A DNA stretch of 64,000 nt, from assembly GCA_964371225.1 (NCBI GenBank), contig CAYJNA010000001.1, forward strand, positions 1,582 through 65,581. Reading direction: 5' to 3'. Both the position numbers and the translations under genes were made by a program. The notes below the pieces were generated by a model. It saw only the letters and a program-made list of their open reading frames with translations. It was not told the origin of the DNA and made no database searches. Of the stretch, positions 20,163-31,136 are shown piece after piece (position 1 is the first letter of the stretch; each line of letters begins with the position of its first letter). This DNA is from an uncultured Desulfovibrionaceae bacterium. Lineage in GTDB: Bacteria > Desulfobacterota > Desulfovibrionia > Desulfovibrionales > Desulfovibrionaceae.

Positions 20163-21245
20163 TTATGTTTTACTAAAGCGTACGGCTCCCTTTTTTATGT
20201 GTGCCACCACATGATTGGGTAATTGAAATGTGATGCCGCCGCGCCCTTCTTGTAAAGCTGTATCCAGTTGAAAAAGTGTATGGGCTCTGGCTTGCCCCAC
20301 ACTGCCTTCATGAGCATCTTTTTGCAATATATGTAAGGCATGCATATAAAGGCGCAAGCGCGTAGCCTTATCGTTTTGTTGTAAAAGCTTTGCCGGCAAA
20401 AGCACAATACCATGAGTGCAGCACACGTCATATTGCTCACAAAGGCTTTGTACAAGTTCTTGCCAGTGAGTAGCGTCGTACTGTGCCAATTGCCAAAGTT
20501 CAGCAATTTTTTGTGGAAAAGAAGGATTTTCTGCTTGAAATAGAGGAAGAAAGGTGTGGCGAACTCTATTGCGTAAATAGGTTGTGTCGGCATTGCTGGC
20601 GTCTTCTACCCATGTAAAACCCATATGTTGTAAGAGCAAACGTAATTGCTCAGGCTCTTGCATGAGTAAAGGGCGCAGAATACGCCTTTGCGCGTCACTG
20701 GCTACCATGCCCCCCAATGCTGGCCACCCTGCGCCGCGTAAGAGCCGCATAAAAACATCCTCTTGCACATCGCGTAAGTGATGCCCAAGGCATACCCAAG
20801 CCGCCCCGCAGTGTAATCTATACTGCTCATATATGGCATAGCGCGTGTGGCGTGCCGTTTCTTCAATGCCCATTTTGTGCTTTTTCGCTTCAGCATAAAT
20901 ATCCACAGAGCTTATAAAACAAGGAATTTCCCACACAGCACAAAGCTCTTGTACTGTTTGTGCTTCTTGAGTGCTTTCAGGGCGTAAATTATGATTGATA
21001 TGTACCACAGAGAAGGAAAAATCATATACAGGGCGCAATAATTGCCATATACAGAGTAGGGATAAAGAATCTGCCCCACCAGAAACAGCAAGCAAAAAAT
21101 GCTTCTTTTCAAGTGATATATGTAAATCGTTTTCCAAAAAAAGACGCACAGCGCGCGCCAAGGCTTTGGTTTGCGCACTTTGTTCTTTAAAAAAAGGAAT
21201 GTGTGCAGGAAATTGAAAAGCAGCATCCGCCATGCGCCAGCACAT
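20163..21245 (-). CDS. tilS: tRNA(Ile)-lysidine synthase
   Basis: 360 aa. PP-loop LLAVSGGADSLSLL and HINHNLR motif. The true start may be a few codons downstream (MADAAF). Confidence 0.85.
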   Translation of the reverse strand: MCWRMADAAFQFPAHIPFFKEQSAQTKALARAVRLFLENDLHISLEKKHFLLAVSGGADSLSLLCIWQLLRPVYDFSFSVVHINHNLRPESTQEAQTVQELCAVWEIPCFISSVDIYAEAKKHKMGIEETARHTRYAIYEQYRLHCGAAWVCLGHHLRDVQEDVFMRLLRGAGWPALGGMVASDAQRRILRPLLMQEPEQLRLLLQHMGFTWVEDASNADTTYLRNRVRHTFLPLFQAENPSFPQKIAELWQLAQYDATHWQELVQSLCEQYDVCCTHGIVLLPAKLLQQNDKATRLRLYMHALHILQKDAHEGSVGQARAHTLFQLDTALQEGRGGITFQLPNHVVAHIKKGAVRFSKT

Positions 21246-21319
21246 CTCCTATGGCTAAAAGGGTGAAAATTGATTGGGAAAGAAGTTTATTTGTATAGGA
21301 TTTAGCTTACTCTACCACA

Positions 21320-21655
21320 TTAAATAATAATCTCTAATTTTTTGCAAAGCTCTTCCACATAGCGCATCATATGCATTTGTAAAGACGGCGCTGCATAGGC
21401 AACGCAATTACAATGAAGTGCATTTCTTGCACGTACCAAAAGCTCTAAGCGTAGAGCATCCCTTTCAATTTCCAAAGCCATCACAAAGGGGCCGCATTGT
21501 TTGGCATGTTCATCTTGTATGGGGGTGTACATATCCTTAGGGATAGGCAACCAGAAAAGCCCCGGCATGGAATCGTGCAAGTTCATGGAAGTTAAGAGTT
21601 CCGTGATTTTTTCAAGCTGCTGTTCTTCAAGGCCGTCTATATAATATGAGCGCAT
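21320..21655 (-). CDS. Hypothetical protein (111 aa)
   Basis: Clean ORF filling the gap between hemA and tilS on the same strand. No recognisable motif. Confidence 0.45.
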   Translation of the reverse strand: MRSYYIDGLEEQQLEKITELLTSMNLHDSMPGLFWLPIPKDMYTPIQDEHAKQCGPFVMALEIERDALRLELLVRARNALHCNCVAYAAPSLQMHMMRYVEELCKKLEIII

Positions 21656-21685
21656 AACATCCTCATGTACTTTAAAGCATTACTT

Positions 21686-23017
21686 TTAAAAAATCTTATT
21701 TTGTGGCGGTGTGTCATCACTATCTAAATCAAAAATACGTCGTACCATATGAATGCGCGGGGCTGGGCCATCATCGCTCATGGTGCCGCGTTTTAAGAAG
21801 GATAGAGGAGCATGGTTAAGCTTACGTATAAGCGCAGCTGTCATATCTTCTAAAGCTTGTTTGGTATGCGGATCTGTGGTGCCTAATCTTTTTAAAGTAC
21901 GTTGTAATTCATCGGCGGCAAGACGTTCACTGCGTTGAATAATATCTACAATGGTAGGTTGAACATCAAGACTTTGTAACCAACGACAGAAGAGAAGAAC
22001 TTCTTCATCCACGATATTCACGGCTTTACGTGCTTCATCTCGTCTACCGGCAAGATTTTCTTCTACCACTTCTTTTAAATCGTCAATATCATATAAATAG
22101 ACGTTATCAAGGTTGTTAATATCGGGGTCTAAATCGCGCGGAACGGCAATATCAATAAAAAACATAGGTTTATATTTACGTTGCTTAAGAATGGATTGCA
22201 AATCTTTGGCGCGTAAAATAGCTTCGGGAGAGCCGGTAGAAGTGATGATAATATCCACATCCACAAGATGCTCCACAAGTTCCTCATAAGGAACAGCCAA
22301 ACCATTGAATTGTTGTGCCAATTCTTGGCCACGCTCAAGAGTTCTGTTAGCCACATAAATTTGTTTTACGCCAGCTTGCAAAAGATGCGTAGCGGCAAGT
22401 TCGGCCATTTCGCCTGCACCAATAAGCATAGCTTTTTGTTCGTGCATTTCGCCAAAAATACGTTTGGCAAGCTCCACAGCGGCATAAGAAATGGACACAG
22501 CACTAGAAGCAATGGCAGTTTCTGTACGAACGCGTTTGGCCACTGAAAAAGACTTATGTAAAAGGCGATTTACAATGGTTCCTGCACTTTTACTTTCCAC
22601 AGCCTTACGATAGGCTTCTTTTAGTTGGCCTAATATTTGTGGCTCACCCAATACCATAGAATCCAAGCTAGCGCCCACAGTGAATACATGGCGAATGGCT
22701 TGCTCATTTTTATAGGCATATACATAGGGTTTTAATGCTGCCACATCTTGCCCACAAGCTTCAGCCCATTGTGTGAGTACTTGTCCAATGATCACAGGCT
22801 CACACATACCTGTTTGGTAAGTACAGCGACATTGTTTTTCACATACTAATATTTCCACACGATTACATGTAGAAAGAATTAGCGCTTCACCTATGGCTTT
22901 GCCGCAAGGGATAGCCCATGTTTGTGCAGAACAATGTGCTGATAAAGCAAAGCGCTCACGAATTTCAACAGGCGCTGTTTTATGGTTTAACCCAATGAGA
23001 TATATATTCCTATTCAT
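21686..23017 (-). CDS. hemA: Glutamyl-tRNA reductase
   Basis: 443 aa. STCNRVEI active-site Cys motif, NAD-binding GAGEMAEL and a C-terminal dimerisation helix. Confidence 0.95.
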   Translation of the reverse strand: MNRNIYLIGLNHKTAPVEIRERFALSAHCSAQTWAIPCGKAIGEALILSTCNRVEILVCEKQCRCTYQTGMCEPVIIGQVLTQWAEACGQDVAALKPYVYAYKNEQAIRHVFTVGASLDSMVLGEPQILGQLKEAYRKAVESKSAGTIVNRLLHKSFSVAKRVRTETAIASSAVSISYAAVELAKRIFGEMHEQKAMLIGAGEMAELAATHLLQAGVKQIYVANRTLERGQELAQQFNGLAVPYEELVEHLVDVDIIITSTGSPEAILRAKDLQSILKQRKYKPMFFIDIAVPRDLDPDINNLDNVYLYDIDDLKEVVEENLAGRRDEARKAVNIVDEEVLLFCRWLQSLDVQPTIVDIIQRSERLAADELQRTLKRLGTTDPHTKQALEDMTAALIRKLNHAPLSFLKRGTMSDDGPAPRIHMVRRIFDLDSDDTPPQNKIF

Positions 23018-23024
23018 AATAATT

Positions 23025-23864
23025 CTACTGTATAAAGGCGTGGTGAGAATTCATAAAAGTATTAACCACAAGGATAGAAAAAGCGCTTAAAGCAAAAAGC
23101 CATAAGGCCAAGAGAGCAGGCTTTCGCCCACCGCGTCCTTGTAGAGTGCGCATATAAAAAAGCCAAGCAAACAGCCCCCATACAAGAAAGGAGACTATTT
23201 CTTTAGGGTCACCGCTAACGGATTTTCCCCAAGTGCTGCCAGCCCATATAACACCAGAAACAATGCCAATGGTAAAGAGGGGAAAACCTACCATGGCTGT
23301 AACGGCATTGACCTTATCTAAAATGGCCAAGGCTGGAAAGTCTTTACGAAAGCCCGTAAGAGGCTCTTTTGATTTTATCATATTTTCCGTATGGATAAAC
23401 ATAATTCCCGCTGCAAAAGCCAAGGTCATGAGAGCAAGGCTTAAGTAAAGAGAACCAATGTGCAAAGTATAAAAAGTACCGCTTAATGATTCCGGTAAAG
23501 TTATTTGAGCTTGTAATAAGCGCAAAGAGAGTAAAAAAAGCATTAAGGCTAACGGTGTAAGAAATATAATGGGGGTAGAATGTTTTGTTTTCCATTGTCC
23601 GAAAAAACCGCAAATAAGGATAAACCATGCTAAAATTTGTAAATAAGCCCCCCAGCTTAGGCCGCCAGGTGTCAGTCCATGACTTCCTCTAGCCATATCG
23701 AATGTTTGCAAAGCAAAGCCGCCCACTGTGCATAGACAAGCCACAATACGTAACCACCGTTGACGTAGTAAAATGCCTAAAATCCCGCATAAGGTGGCAA
23801 TACCATAGAAAAGTATAATGAGTGTATTACTTTGCTCAAAAGATATCATGCAATAACTCCGCAA
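23025..23864 (-). CDS. Cytochrome c assembly family membrane protein (CcsA/HemX-like)
   Basis: 279 aa, about 8 TM. Degenerate Trp-rich motif region (IWAGSTWGKSVSGDPKEIVSFLVW). Sits just upstream of hemA like Bacillus hemX. Confidence 0.65.
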   Translation of the reverse strand: MRSYCMISFEQSNTLIILFYGIATLCGILGILLRQRWLRIVACLCTVGGFALQTFDMARGSHGLTPGGLSWGAYLQILAWFILICGFFGQWKTKHSTPIIFLTPLALMLFLLSLRLLQAQITLPESLSGTFYTLHIGSLYLSLALMTLAFAAGIMFIHTENMIKSKEPLTGFRKDFPALAILDKVNAVTAMVGFPLFTIGIVSGVIWAGSTWGKSVSGDPKEIVSFLVWGLFAWLFYMRTLQGRGGRKPALLALWLFALSAFSILVVNTFMNSHHAFIQ

Positions 23865-24540
23865 TATGTTTATGTAAACTTTTAGGAAGCATGTTTTCTA
23901 AAAGTTTATAACTTTGTTCTGTATTTTTTTCAGCCAAATGATGCCTCAAGGGAGAGTTCACTAAAGCACGAAAAAGTGCCGTATTGTGCCTTGTATCTTG
24001 TTCTAAGGCAAGTACGAGAGGGCGTAATTTTCCTAAAAATCTTGTCATAGGAGCATGGGGTTTAAGCCAAGCTTCTAACTCTTCGCGTAAAACGCGCGCC
24101 CAAGCAGGGCTTGCCCCTTCGGTACTCAAAGCGGCCATAAGTGTGGAACCAGCCGTGATAGAATTTGTTCCTTCACAGGCACATTGTGCCAATGCCGGAA
24201 CAATGCAATTGCCTTTACGCGGTGCATCCACACAATTGCATAAGATACCACGCTCTTGGCATAAGGCCGCAATGTGTGCGTTTAATTCTTTTTGGCCTGT
24301 ACAAGCAAAAACTAAACTTTTTCCCTCAAGGTCTTGTTCTGTGAAGCAACGTTTTTCAAAGTGCCACTGTTCATAGTGTGCATATGCGTCCCACGCAGGG
24401 CTTTTTTCATGAATATCAAGAAGTAACAAATCTTTCACGTTAGCTTCAAGTAAACCTTTAGCCTTACGTAAGCCCACTTCACCAGCTCCGACAATAAGAC
24501 AATAACTTTTTGATATATCAATGAAAAGTGGGTAATACAT
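23836..24540 (-). CDS. Precorrin-2 dehydrogenase / sirohydrochlorin ferrochelatase (siroheme synthase N-terminal type)
   Basis: 234 aa. Rossmann VGAGEVGLRKAKGLLEA. CysG-N/SirC-like length. Overlaps the next gene by 29 nt. Confidence 0.7.
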   Translation of the reverse strand: MYYPLFIDISKSYCLIVGAGEVGLRKAKGLLEANVKDLLLLDIHEKSPAWDAYAHYEQWHFEKRCFTEQDLEGKSLVFACTGQKELNAHIAALCQERGILCNCVDAPRKGNCIVPALAQCACEGTNSITAGSTLMAALSTEGASPAWARVLREELEAWLKPHAPMTRFLGKLRPLVLALEQDTRHNTALFRALVNSPLRHHLAEKNTEQSYKLLENMLPKSLHKHIAELLHDIF

Positions 24541-24682
24541 ACTATCCAGTTGTGTTGTAAGGATTTTTTATATACATTTATAATACCTAGTTTACAGCTT
24601 GCACTTATACACCATTCCCCCACGGCTGTGAAGTGAAGTTTTTCCATAAAAAAGCTCTTGTCTCTTGATGTTATAGAAAATT

Positions 24683-25984
24683 TTGCGTACCTATCTCAAG
24701 GGGAGTTTTATGAAACAATTTTTACTCATACAATTGGCGCGCTTTGGTGACCTTGTGCAAACGGGAAGGCTTATTCAAAGTCTTGAGGCACAAGGGCATG
24801 TTCATTTGTGCATAGATACAAGCTTACGCGAGCTGGCGGCCATGCTATATCCGCACACCACCTTGCATACAGTGCCTGCACATGCGTCGCATGGGACACA
24901 TTGTGCCGGTGGTATAGATGGCATGAAAAAATTACACACCACTTTGACGGCTCTTGCTGCGCAAGATTTTTATGCCGTGTATAATTGTAATTATAGCCCC
25001 CTTAACGCCAGCATAGTACGTCTTTTTGCCCCTGAAATAGTTCATGGTTATGCAGTGCAACGTGGACAACTTTTGCGCAGCCCTTGGGTTCATAAAGCTT
25101 TTCGCTGGGCGCAAAATAGAGTGCTTAGCCCCATAAATCTTGTGGATTTTTGGGCGTATTTCACAAAGACGCCACATCCGCCTTCATTGGTAAACCCTGT
25201 AGCTCAAGGGCAGGGGAAGGGAATAGGGGTGGTTTTAGCAGGGCGTGAATCGCGTCGTTCTTTGCCTCCAGCGGTATTAGTGCCCATATTACGTACTTTT
25301 TTTGAAAGCATGGCAAATACCCCCGCCATATACCTTTTGGGTAGTACAGCAGAAATGCCTTTGGCTCGTCAAATAAAACGCCTCATGCCTGCCCATATGC
25401 AAGAATATGTACGGGACTATTGCGGAAAAACCTCATGGCAGGGGCTTATGGACGCTGTGCAAGGCTTAGATGCGCTTATTAGCCCAGATACAGGCACCAT
25501 GCATTTGGGAGCCCGTCTTGGTGTACCCGTGCATGCCTTCTTTCTTTCTTCAGCATGGTGTCACGAAACAGGCCCCTATGGACAAGGGCATACTGTTTGG
25601 CAATCTACTTATGAATGCGCTCCTTGTTTAGAATCTGCACCATGCCTTATTAATACCAAATGCTTACAAGATTTTTCTCATAGAAATTTTTACAGAACAC
25701 TGACGGCGCAATTACAAAACACCATTCTACCCCAAGATGAAGACAAAAAACTTCCCACAAGCATAACTTGCCAAAAATCTTATATAGATTCTTTAGGCTC
25801 CGCGTGGAAAATATACGCCGGTGAAGATAAATATGCAGAAAAGAGGCAAAATTTACGTGCTATTTTAGCAGAATATTGTCATTGCCCTTGGCCAAAAAAT
25901 CTGCCAGAAGAGCATTTGATACAGTATTTTTATGAAGATGCCGATGCCATGCTACGAGAAAGAAATTTATATAAATATTTTTAA
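24683..25984 (+). CDS. Glycosyltransferase family 9 (heptosyltransferase-like) with a Cys-rich C-terminal extension
   Basis: 433 aa. LARFGDLVQTGRLIQSL N-terminus and SPDTGTMHLGARLGVP motif typical of GT9. An extra roughly 130-aa tail follows (YECAPCLESAPCLINTKC...). Confidence 0.7.
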   Translation: MRTYLKGSFMKQFLLIQLARFGDLVQTGRLIQSLEAQGHVHLCIDTSLRELAAMLYPHTTLHTVPAHASHGTHCAGGIDGMKKLHTTLTALAAQDFYAVYNCNYSPLNASIVRLFAPEIVHGYAVQRGQLLRSPWVHKAFRWAQNRVLSPINLVDFWAYFTKTPHPPSLVNPVAQGQGKGIGVVLAGRESRRSLPPAVLVPILRTFFESMANTPAIYLLGSTAEMPLARQIKRLMPAHMQEYVRDYCGKTSWQGLMDAVQGLDALISPDTGTMHLGARLGVPVHAFFLSSAWCHETGPYGQGHTVWQSTYECAPCLESAPCLINTKCLQDFSHRNFYRTLTAQLQNTILPQDEDKKLPTSITCQKSYIDSLGSAWKIYAGEDKYAEKRQNLRAILAEYCHCPWPKNLPEEHLIQYFYEDADAMLRERNLYKYF

Positions 25985-26055
25985 TATATATGTACATGTT
26001 TTTGGTATTACTAAACCATCAACTATGTAGATAGCATTATGAATGGAGACAATAT

Positions 26056-27327
26056 ATGGCTCAACACGCTTTACGTATTTTAGTGGTACTTCCCTTTTAT
26101 GGAGGTTCCCTGCCCATTGGTCAATACTGCATTCAAGCTTTGCGTCATTTGGGACATAGTGTAGAAATCTTTGACGCGCCACAGTTTTATACTGCTTTTA
26201 CAGCCATTAAAGGCTTACGTGTTACCACAGATCGTTTAGATCAATTGGAAAATGCTTTTTTGCAAAATGTCTCACAAGCCATTTTAGCCCAAGTGGAAAG
26301 CTTTGAACCAGATATGGTTCTTGCCCTTGCACAAGCGCCTGTAAGTCGTCAGCTTTTACGTCGCTTAGAAAAAATGCAGGTGCCCACTGCCATGTGGTTT
26401 GTGGAAGATCATAAAATTTTCACATATTGGCGCGCATTTGCGCCTCTCTATAATGTGTTTGCCGTTATTCAAAAAGAGCCTTTTTTGGAAAGCTTAGAAG
26501 AAATTGGCCAGAAAAATGCCTTGTATTTACCCATGGCGGCTTTACCAAGCTTTCATACGCCTATGACACTTAACACCATGGAGCAAAAGAAATTTGGTGC
26601 TGATGTGGCTTTTTTAGGGGCTGGCTATCCCAATAGACGCGTAGCTTTTAAACCTCTCATTAACCAAAAGAATTTTAAAATTTGGGGTACAGAATGGGAA
26701 GGAGACGGATTGCTGATGCGTCATGTGCAACAGCAAGGTTCACGCATCAGCCCCGAAGACGCTGTGAAGATATACAATGCCACTAAAATAAATTTAAATT
26801 TACATTCCAGTGTGGATAGCAAAACTGTCATCACCGATGGGGATTTTGTGAATCCACGCACCTTTGAACTGGCAGCCATTGGAGCTTTTCAATTGGTGGA
26901 TAAGCGTTCTCTTATGGCTGAGCTTTTTGCACCTGATATGCTGGCAACTTTTGAAAACTTAGAAGAAATGTACGCTAAAATTGCTTATTATACTGAAAAT
27001 GAAGCAGAGCGCCTTGCCATGAGTGAAAAAGCACGTACACATGTACTTGAAAATCATAGCTATGAAAGACGTATGCAAAGCCTCATAGATGCAGTAGAAA
27101 AGGCATGTGGCCCTTGGAAAAAAAGAGAATATAGCGCAAATTTTGCTGACTTACCTGAAGAACTAAGTGCCGACTTGGCCACACTTATTGATAACTTGGA
27201 GCTACCGGCTGATGCTGCTTTTGAAGATGTGCTTGCACGTATTCGTTTACGCAGTGGTCTTTTAAGTCCTCTTGAAACATCCTTACTTTTTCTTGAAGAA
27301 TGGCGAAAGCAATATAGTAAAAATTAA
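26056..27327 (+). CDS. CgeB-family / DUF3880-type glycosyltransferase-like protein
   Basis: 423 aa. The C-terminal FVNPRTFELAAIGAFQLVD... pattern is as in CgeB-like Glyco_trans_1_2 proteins. Confidence 0.6.
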   Translation: MAQHALRILVVLPFYGGSLPIGQYCIQALRHLGHSVEIFDAPQFYTAFTAIKGLRVTTDRLDQLENAFLQNVSQAILAQVESFEPDMVLALAQAPVSRQLLRRLEKMQVPTAMWFVEDHKIFTYWRAFAPLYNVFAVIQKEPFLESLEEIGQKNALYLPMAALPSFHTPMTLNTMEQKKFGADVAFLGAGYPNRRVAFKPLINQKNFKIWGTEWEGDGLLMRHVQQQGSRISPEDAVKIYNATKINLNLHSSVDSKTVITDGDFVNPRTFELAAIGAFQLVDKRSLMAELFAPDMLATFENLEEMYAKIAYYTENEAERLAMSEKARTHVLENHSYERRMQSLIDAVEKACGPWKKREYSANFADLPEELSADLATLIDNLELPADAAFEDVLARIRLRSGLLSPLETSLLFLEEWRKQYSKN

Positions 27328-27340
27328 ATATATCGTGCAT

Positions 27341-27369
27341 AAAAAAACCACCGATTTGGTGGTTTTTTT
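27341..27369. terminator. Bidirectional rho-independent terminator between convergent genes
   Basis: AAAAAAA-CCACC-GATTT-GGTGG-TTTTTTT. Confidence 0.7.
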
Positions 27370-27393
27370 ATGGGTAAAAGATATAAAAAGTGC

Positions 27394-29811
27394 CTATTCA
27401 ACCTTTCTCATGGCATCTTGCAATTCTTGTGCTTGCTGTGCCAATTCACGTATGGCTTCAGCAGATTGTAAAATGGCGTCTGCATTTCTATTAACCACTT
27501 CATTAATATCACTCATGGATTGAGAAATTTCTTCTGAAACAGTGGTTTGTTCAGCGGCAGCCCCTGCAATGTGGTGAATCATATCTGTATTGAGTCCAGT
27601 TACTTTGGAAATTTCTTGTAAAGAATTTTCTGAAAGTTGTGCAAATTCAGCTGTTTTACTTATTTGCGCTACCACGCTTTTTACTTCTTCTTGGTTAGCG
27701 GCACTGGAGGCTTGAATGGAGCGTACACTTTCGCCCACTTCGCGTGTGGCATCCATGGTTTTTTCTGCCAGCTTTCTTACTTCATCAGCTACCACGGCAA
27801 AGCCTCTGCCAGCTTCACCGGCTCTGGCGGCTTCAATGGCAGCATTAAGCGCCAAGAGATTTGTTTGGTCTGCTATATCATTGATAACATTTATAATGCT
27901 GCCTATACCTTCAGATAAGCTGTCCAGCGTTGCCATATTGGTATTTAAATTCACAGCAGAATGACTTAACTTCGTCATGGCGGATGACATTTTTGTTATG
28001 TTATCAATACCATCTTTTGCTTTTTCTAATACAGTATTGCTTTGGTCTGCGGCACTTAAAGCGTTGGAGGCTACTTCTTGCACAGAAGCATTCATTTCTG
28101 TCATGGCGGCACTAGTGCTTTCAATTCGCTCTCGTTGGAAATTAGAGCCTTGTACAATGGAATCCGTTTGTGAAGAGAGCTCTTCAGTCGCAGATGCAAC
28201 ACGCACAGCCACCTCTGTTGCCTGTATAGACATTTGCTTTATGGCCTCGCCTTGCTCATGTACTTTTGTGATGTCAGCCAAAAATTCCACATAAGCTACA
28301 GCTTTGTTGTTTAAATCATACAAAGGCTGAGCTTGTACATCAAGAGTAAGCACTTCACCGCCAGGGAGACATGCTGCTAAAGCATTAATGCTCCCTTGGC
28401 TTTTAAAGGCATTTAAACCTAAACAATGCTCATTCCCACAAGCAGGAGATTTAAAGTGATGTCCGCAATTAGTCCCTTCTACCTTGTCACATTTAACCAT
28501 TTTTTTACCGGTAACATTCATATACATAACAGTATTATCGGGAGTTGCTGTAAAAATACCCGCTGGAATACCATCAAATAATTTCACATAAGTTTGCGAT
28601 AAAATATTTACATTATTAATGAGGCTACGGAAATCGCCTTCAAATTGTTGTGGATCAATTTTTGTGTCTAAATGCCCACTGGAGATTTGATTTGCCGTGC
28701 TATAGATTTGATCTTTTAAGTTTAAAAGAATTTCTGAAATACCTTTAATACCGTCCATAACAAGACCAATTTCACCTTTTTCATGAACTGTAATGGAGGC
28801 ATCCAAACGTCCTTTGGCAATATTTTGTGCATATGTTGCCATTTTAGTAAGTGTAGAAGAAAATGTTACTACAATGAAGGCTGTTATGAGTATACTCACA
28901 ATAATGGCTATGATGGACAAAAGAAGAATTTGATCTAATGAAGAATCCACTGAACTTGAAATGGCTTTTAATTCCGAACTGGCACCTTGAGCAGCTTCTT
29001 TACTTAAAGGAGCAATGATAGCAAGGATACTTTCTCGAATGTCGTTTAATTCAGCCACTTCATCGTCTAATTTTTTACTTTCAGTATCAATAAAATGAGC
29101 AATTTTTATAAATGCATCTGTTGCCAATTGAAGGGAAGTGAAGGGTGTAGTATCCGAAAAAAAGCCTGAATCTTTCAGAGCCATAATTTCATTTAAGTTT
29201 TTTATTACTATATTTTTTGATTCTACAGATTTTGTAAAGATTTTCTGCTCATGTGATAATAAAAATGACTCTAAATAACCTTGATAATTTACAATCTCTT
29301 TTTGTGATACAATAATTTTTTCAATGGCATCAAAATTATTTGCATTAATCATAGTTTGTAAAATACTAGAAAGAGCTACCATGAGCTCCTTTTCTGACTG
29401 CACCAATTCACCACTAATAGCTTTTTTTAAGGTAATAGCATGAGAAAAATATTGATTTGCTGATGTTAAAATTTCTTCTAAAGAAGATATGACATTTCTT
29501 ACACTTTGTTTATCATTATCTTGTACAAAATTTAAAAGTTTTTTATTATCTTCCAAAGCATTTTGGACAGATTTTCTTACACTTTCACTATCAGCAGTAT
29601 CGTGATGTAAATTAAATTGGTCAAGGTGATAGGCAATTTTGTATAAATCGATTTCTGTTCTGTATGTGATGGAGTCTACTTGGTCAAAGTTAATAAATTC
29701 ACTTACATCGGTACTGGTTCTGCTGGATGATGTATAGCTAATAAGCGCCAGCACAATAATAGTAAGAATTAAAAGAGAAAATCCTAAAATTATTCGTAAT
29801 TTACTTGTCAT
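27394..29811 (-). CDS. Methyl-accepting chemotaxis protein (helical periplasmic sensor, HAMP, Cys-rich cytoplasmic PAS, MA domain)
   Basis: 805 aa. Two TM segments (aa 7-26 and about 296-318). Signalling hairpin [34 protein letters not shown]. Confidence 0.9.
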   Translation of the reverse strand: MTSKLRIILGFSLLILTIIVLALISYTSSSRTSTDVSEFINFDQVDSITYRTEIDLYKIAYHLDQFNLHHDTADSESVRKSVQNALEDNKKLLNFVQDNDKQSVRNVISSLEEILTSANQYFSHAITLKKAISGELVQSEKELMVALSSILQTMINANNFDAIEKIIVSQKEIVNYQGYLESFLLSHEQKIFTKSVESKNIVIKNLNEIMALKDSGFFSDTTPFTSLQLATDAFIKIAHFIDTESKKLDDEVAELNDIRESILAIIAPLSKEAAQGASSELKAISSSVDSSLDQILLLSIIAIIVSILITAFIVVTFSSTLTKMATYAQNIAKGRLDASITVHEKGEIGLVMDGIKGISEILLNLKDQIYSTANQISSGHLDTKIDPQQFEGDFRSLINNVNILSQTYVKLFDGIPAGIFTATPDNTVMYMNVTGKKMVKCDKVEGTNCGHHFKSPACGNEHCLGLNAFKSQGSINALAACLPGGEVLTLDVQAQPLYDLNNKAVAYVEFLADITKVHEQGEAIKQMSIQATEVAVRVASATEELSSQTDSIVQGSNFQRERIESTSAAMTEMNASVQEVASNALSAADQSNTVLEKAKDGIDNITKMSSAMTKLSHSAVNLNTNMATLDSLSEGIGSIINVINDIADQTNLLALNAAIEAARAGEAGRGFAVVADEVRKLAEKTMDATREVGESVRSIQASSAANQEEVKSVVAQISKTAEFAQLSENSLQEISKVTGLNTDMIHHIAGAAAEQTTVSEEISQSMSDINEVVNRNADAILQSAEAIRELAQQAQELQDAMRKVE

Positions 29812-30237
29812 AGACCCTCCAAGTCAAAAGCGCACGACACAAAAAAGAAGCGCACATATAACTTTATGTGTGTAATAGTACAAATAATATACGCTTTATA
29901 CGGTAATTGTCAAATATTCAGCGCATTTTAAGCCTTTTGTACAGCTCATTATACGTAATATTTTTGAAACAAATATTCGCAAGTATTATCCAAAAATGAA
30001 GAAATACAAAAAATATTCTTTTTTAACTACTTGATTTTTTTTAATCTTGAACTGTCTGTATTTTCTTGTGTAAGAAAAAGTACTGTGAGAAGATGAAGCT
30101 GAAAATTTTTTATGGAAGATTTTTAGCGAAAGGCAGTAACAAATGTCACTGCCTTTCTGATGAAATCTATAAAAAATAAACGAGTGTATATTTTTTTGTA
30201 TACTATATGACAAATACACACATGGTTACTAATAAAA

Positions 30238-31119
30238 TTACCATGAAGTGGCAGAAAGTTGCGCCAATCCTTTAATTAACACTTGCGTGCCATCCTTTCC
30301 ATGCCCATGTGCCTCCAAGAGACGATAGGCTTGTTCAGCCATGGTCAGACCAGGAAGGTTTAATCCCATGCGGCGGCATTCGTCTATGCACAGGCCAAGA
30401 TCTTTACGAAAATGTTCTACAAAAAAGCCAGGTGCAAAATCGTTATCTACAATACGCTTACCAAGCACATTCATGGCAGTGCTCCCAGCAGCGCCGGGAA
30501 CAACAGTTTCGCGCCATGTGGACACATCAAGACCGCATTTTTTAGCAAAAAGTAAGGATTCACATACAGAAAACATAACCCCTGCAATGGCAATTTGATT
30601 AGCTAATTTAGCCTTTTGCCCCATACCGGCGCCGCCGCAGTGTACAATGGTTTTCCCCATTTTTTCAAAGCAGGGGAGCAGAGCTTCATAGGCTTGCTGT
30701 GTGCCGCCCACAAAGATGGAAAGGGTGGCATTTTTCGCACCCACATCACCGCCGGTTACGGGTGCATCCACAGCTAGGCAATCTTTTTGTGCAGCAGCAG
30801 TGGCAATGCGTTCGGCAAGATTGGGGCAAGAGGTGGTCATATCACAAAGAATACCACCAGTCTTAAGACCAGCTAAAGCACCATTTTCACCCAACATAAC
30901 TTCTTCCACATCATGAGGAAAGCCCACAATGGAAAAGACAATGTCTGATTTTTCAGCCACTTCGCGAGGGCTTTGCGCCCAAGTGGCACCCATATCAAGA
31001 AGGGCAGAGGCTTTTTCTTTGGTGCGGCTATAAATAACAAGTTCGTAACCGGCTTTGCGTAAATTTGCGGCCATGGAAAGCCCCATGATACCAGTACCAA
31101 TCCATCCTACAGTTTTCAT
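30238..31119 (-). CDS. NAD(P)-dependent 3-hydroxyacid dehydrogenase (3-hydroxyisobutyrate / tartronate semialdehyde reductase family)
   Basis: 293 aa. GWIGTGIMGLSMAANL Rossmann motif and family-typical central and C-terminal regions. Own SD AAGGAG, 17 nt after the FGE-domain gene. Confidence 0.85.
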   Translation of the reverse strand: MKTVGWIGTGIMGLSMAANLRKAGYELVIYSRTKEKASALLDMGATWAQSPREVAEKSDIVFSIVGFPHDVEEVMLGENGALAGLKTGGILCDMTTSCPNLAERIATAAAQKDCLAVDAPVTGGDVGAKNATLSIFVGGTQQAYEALLPCFEKMGKTIVHCGGAGMGQKAKLANQIAIAGVMFSVCESLLFAKKCGLDVSTWRETVVPGAAGSTAMNVLGKRIVDNDFAPGFFVEHFRKDLGLCIDECRRMGLNLPGLTMAEQAYRLLEAHGHGKDGTQVLIKGLAQLSATSW

Positions 31120-31136
31120 AAAAAGCTCCTTCGCGC

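Noticed and set aside
30128-30157. Perfect 10-bp-stem hairpin GAAAGGCAGT..ACTGCCTTTC downstream of the dehydrogenase gene
   Set aside because: It has no U-tract on either strand, so I did not call it an intrinsic terminator. It may still be an RNA-stability or protein-binding element.
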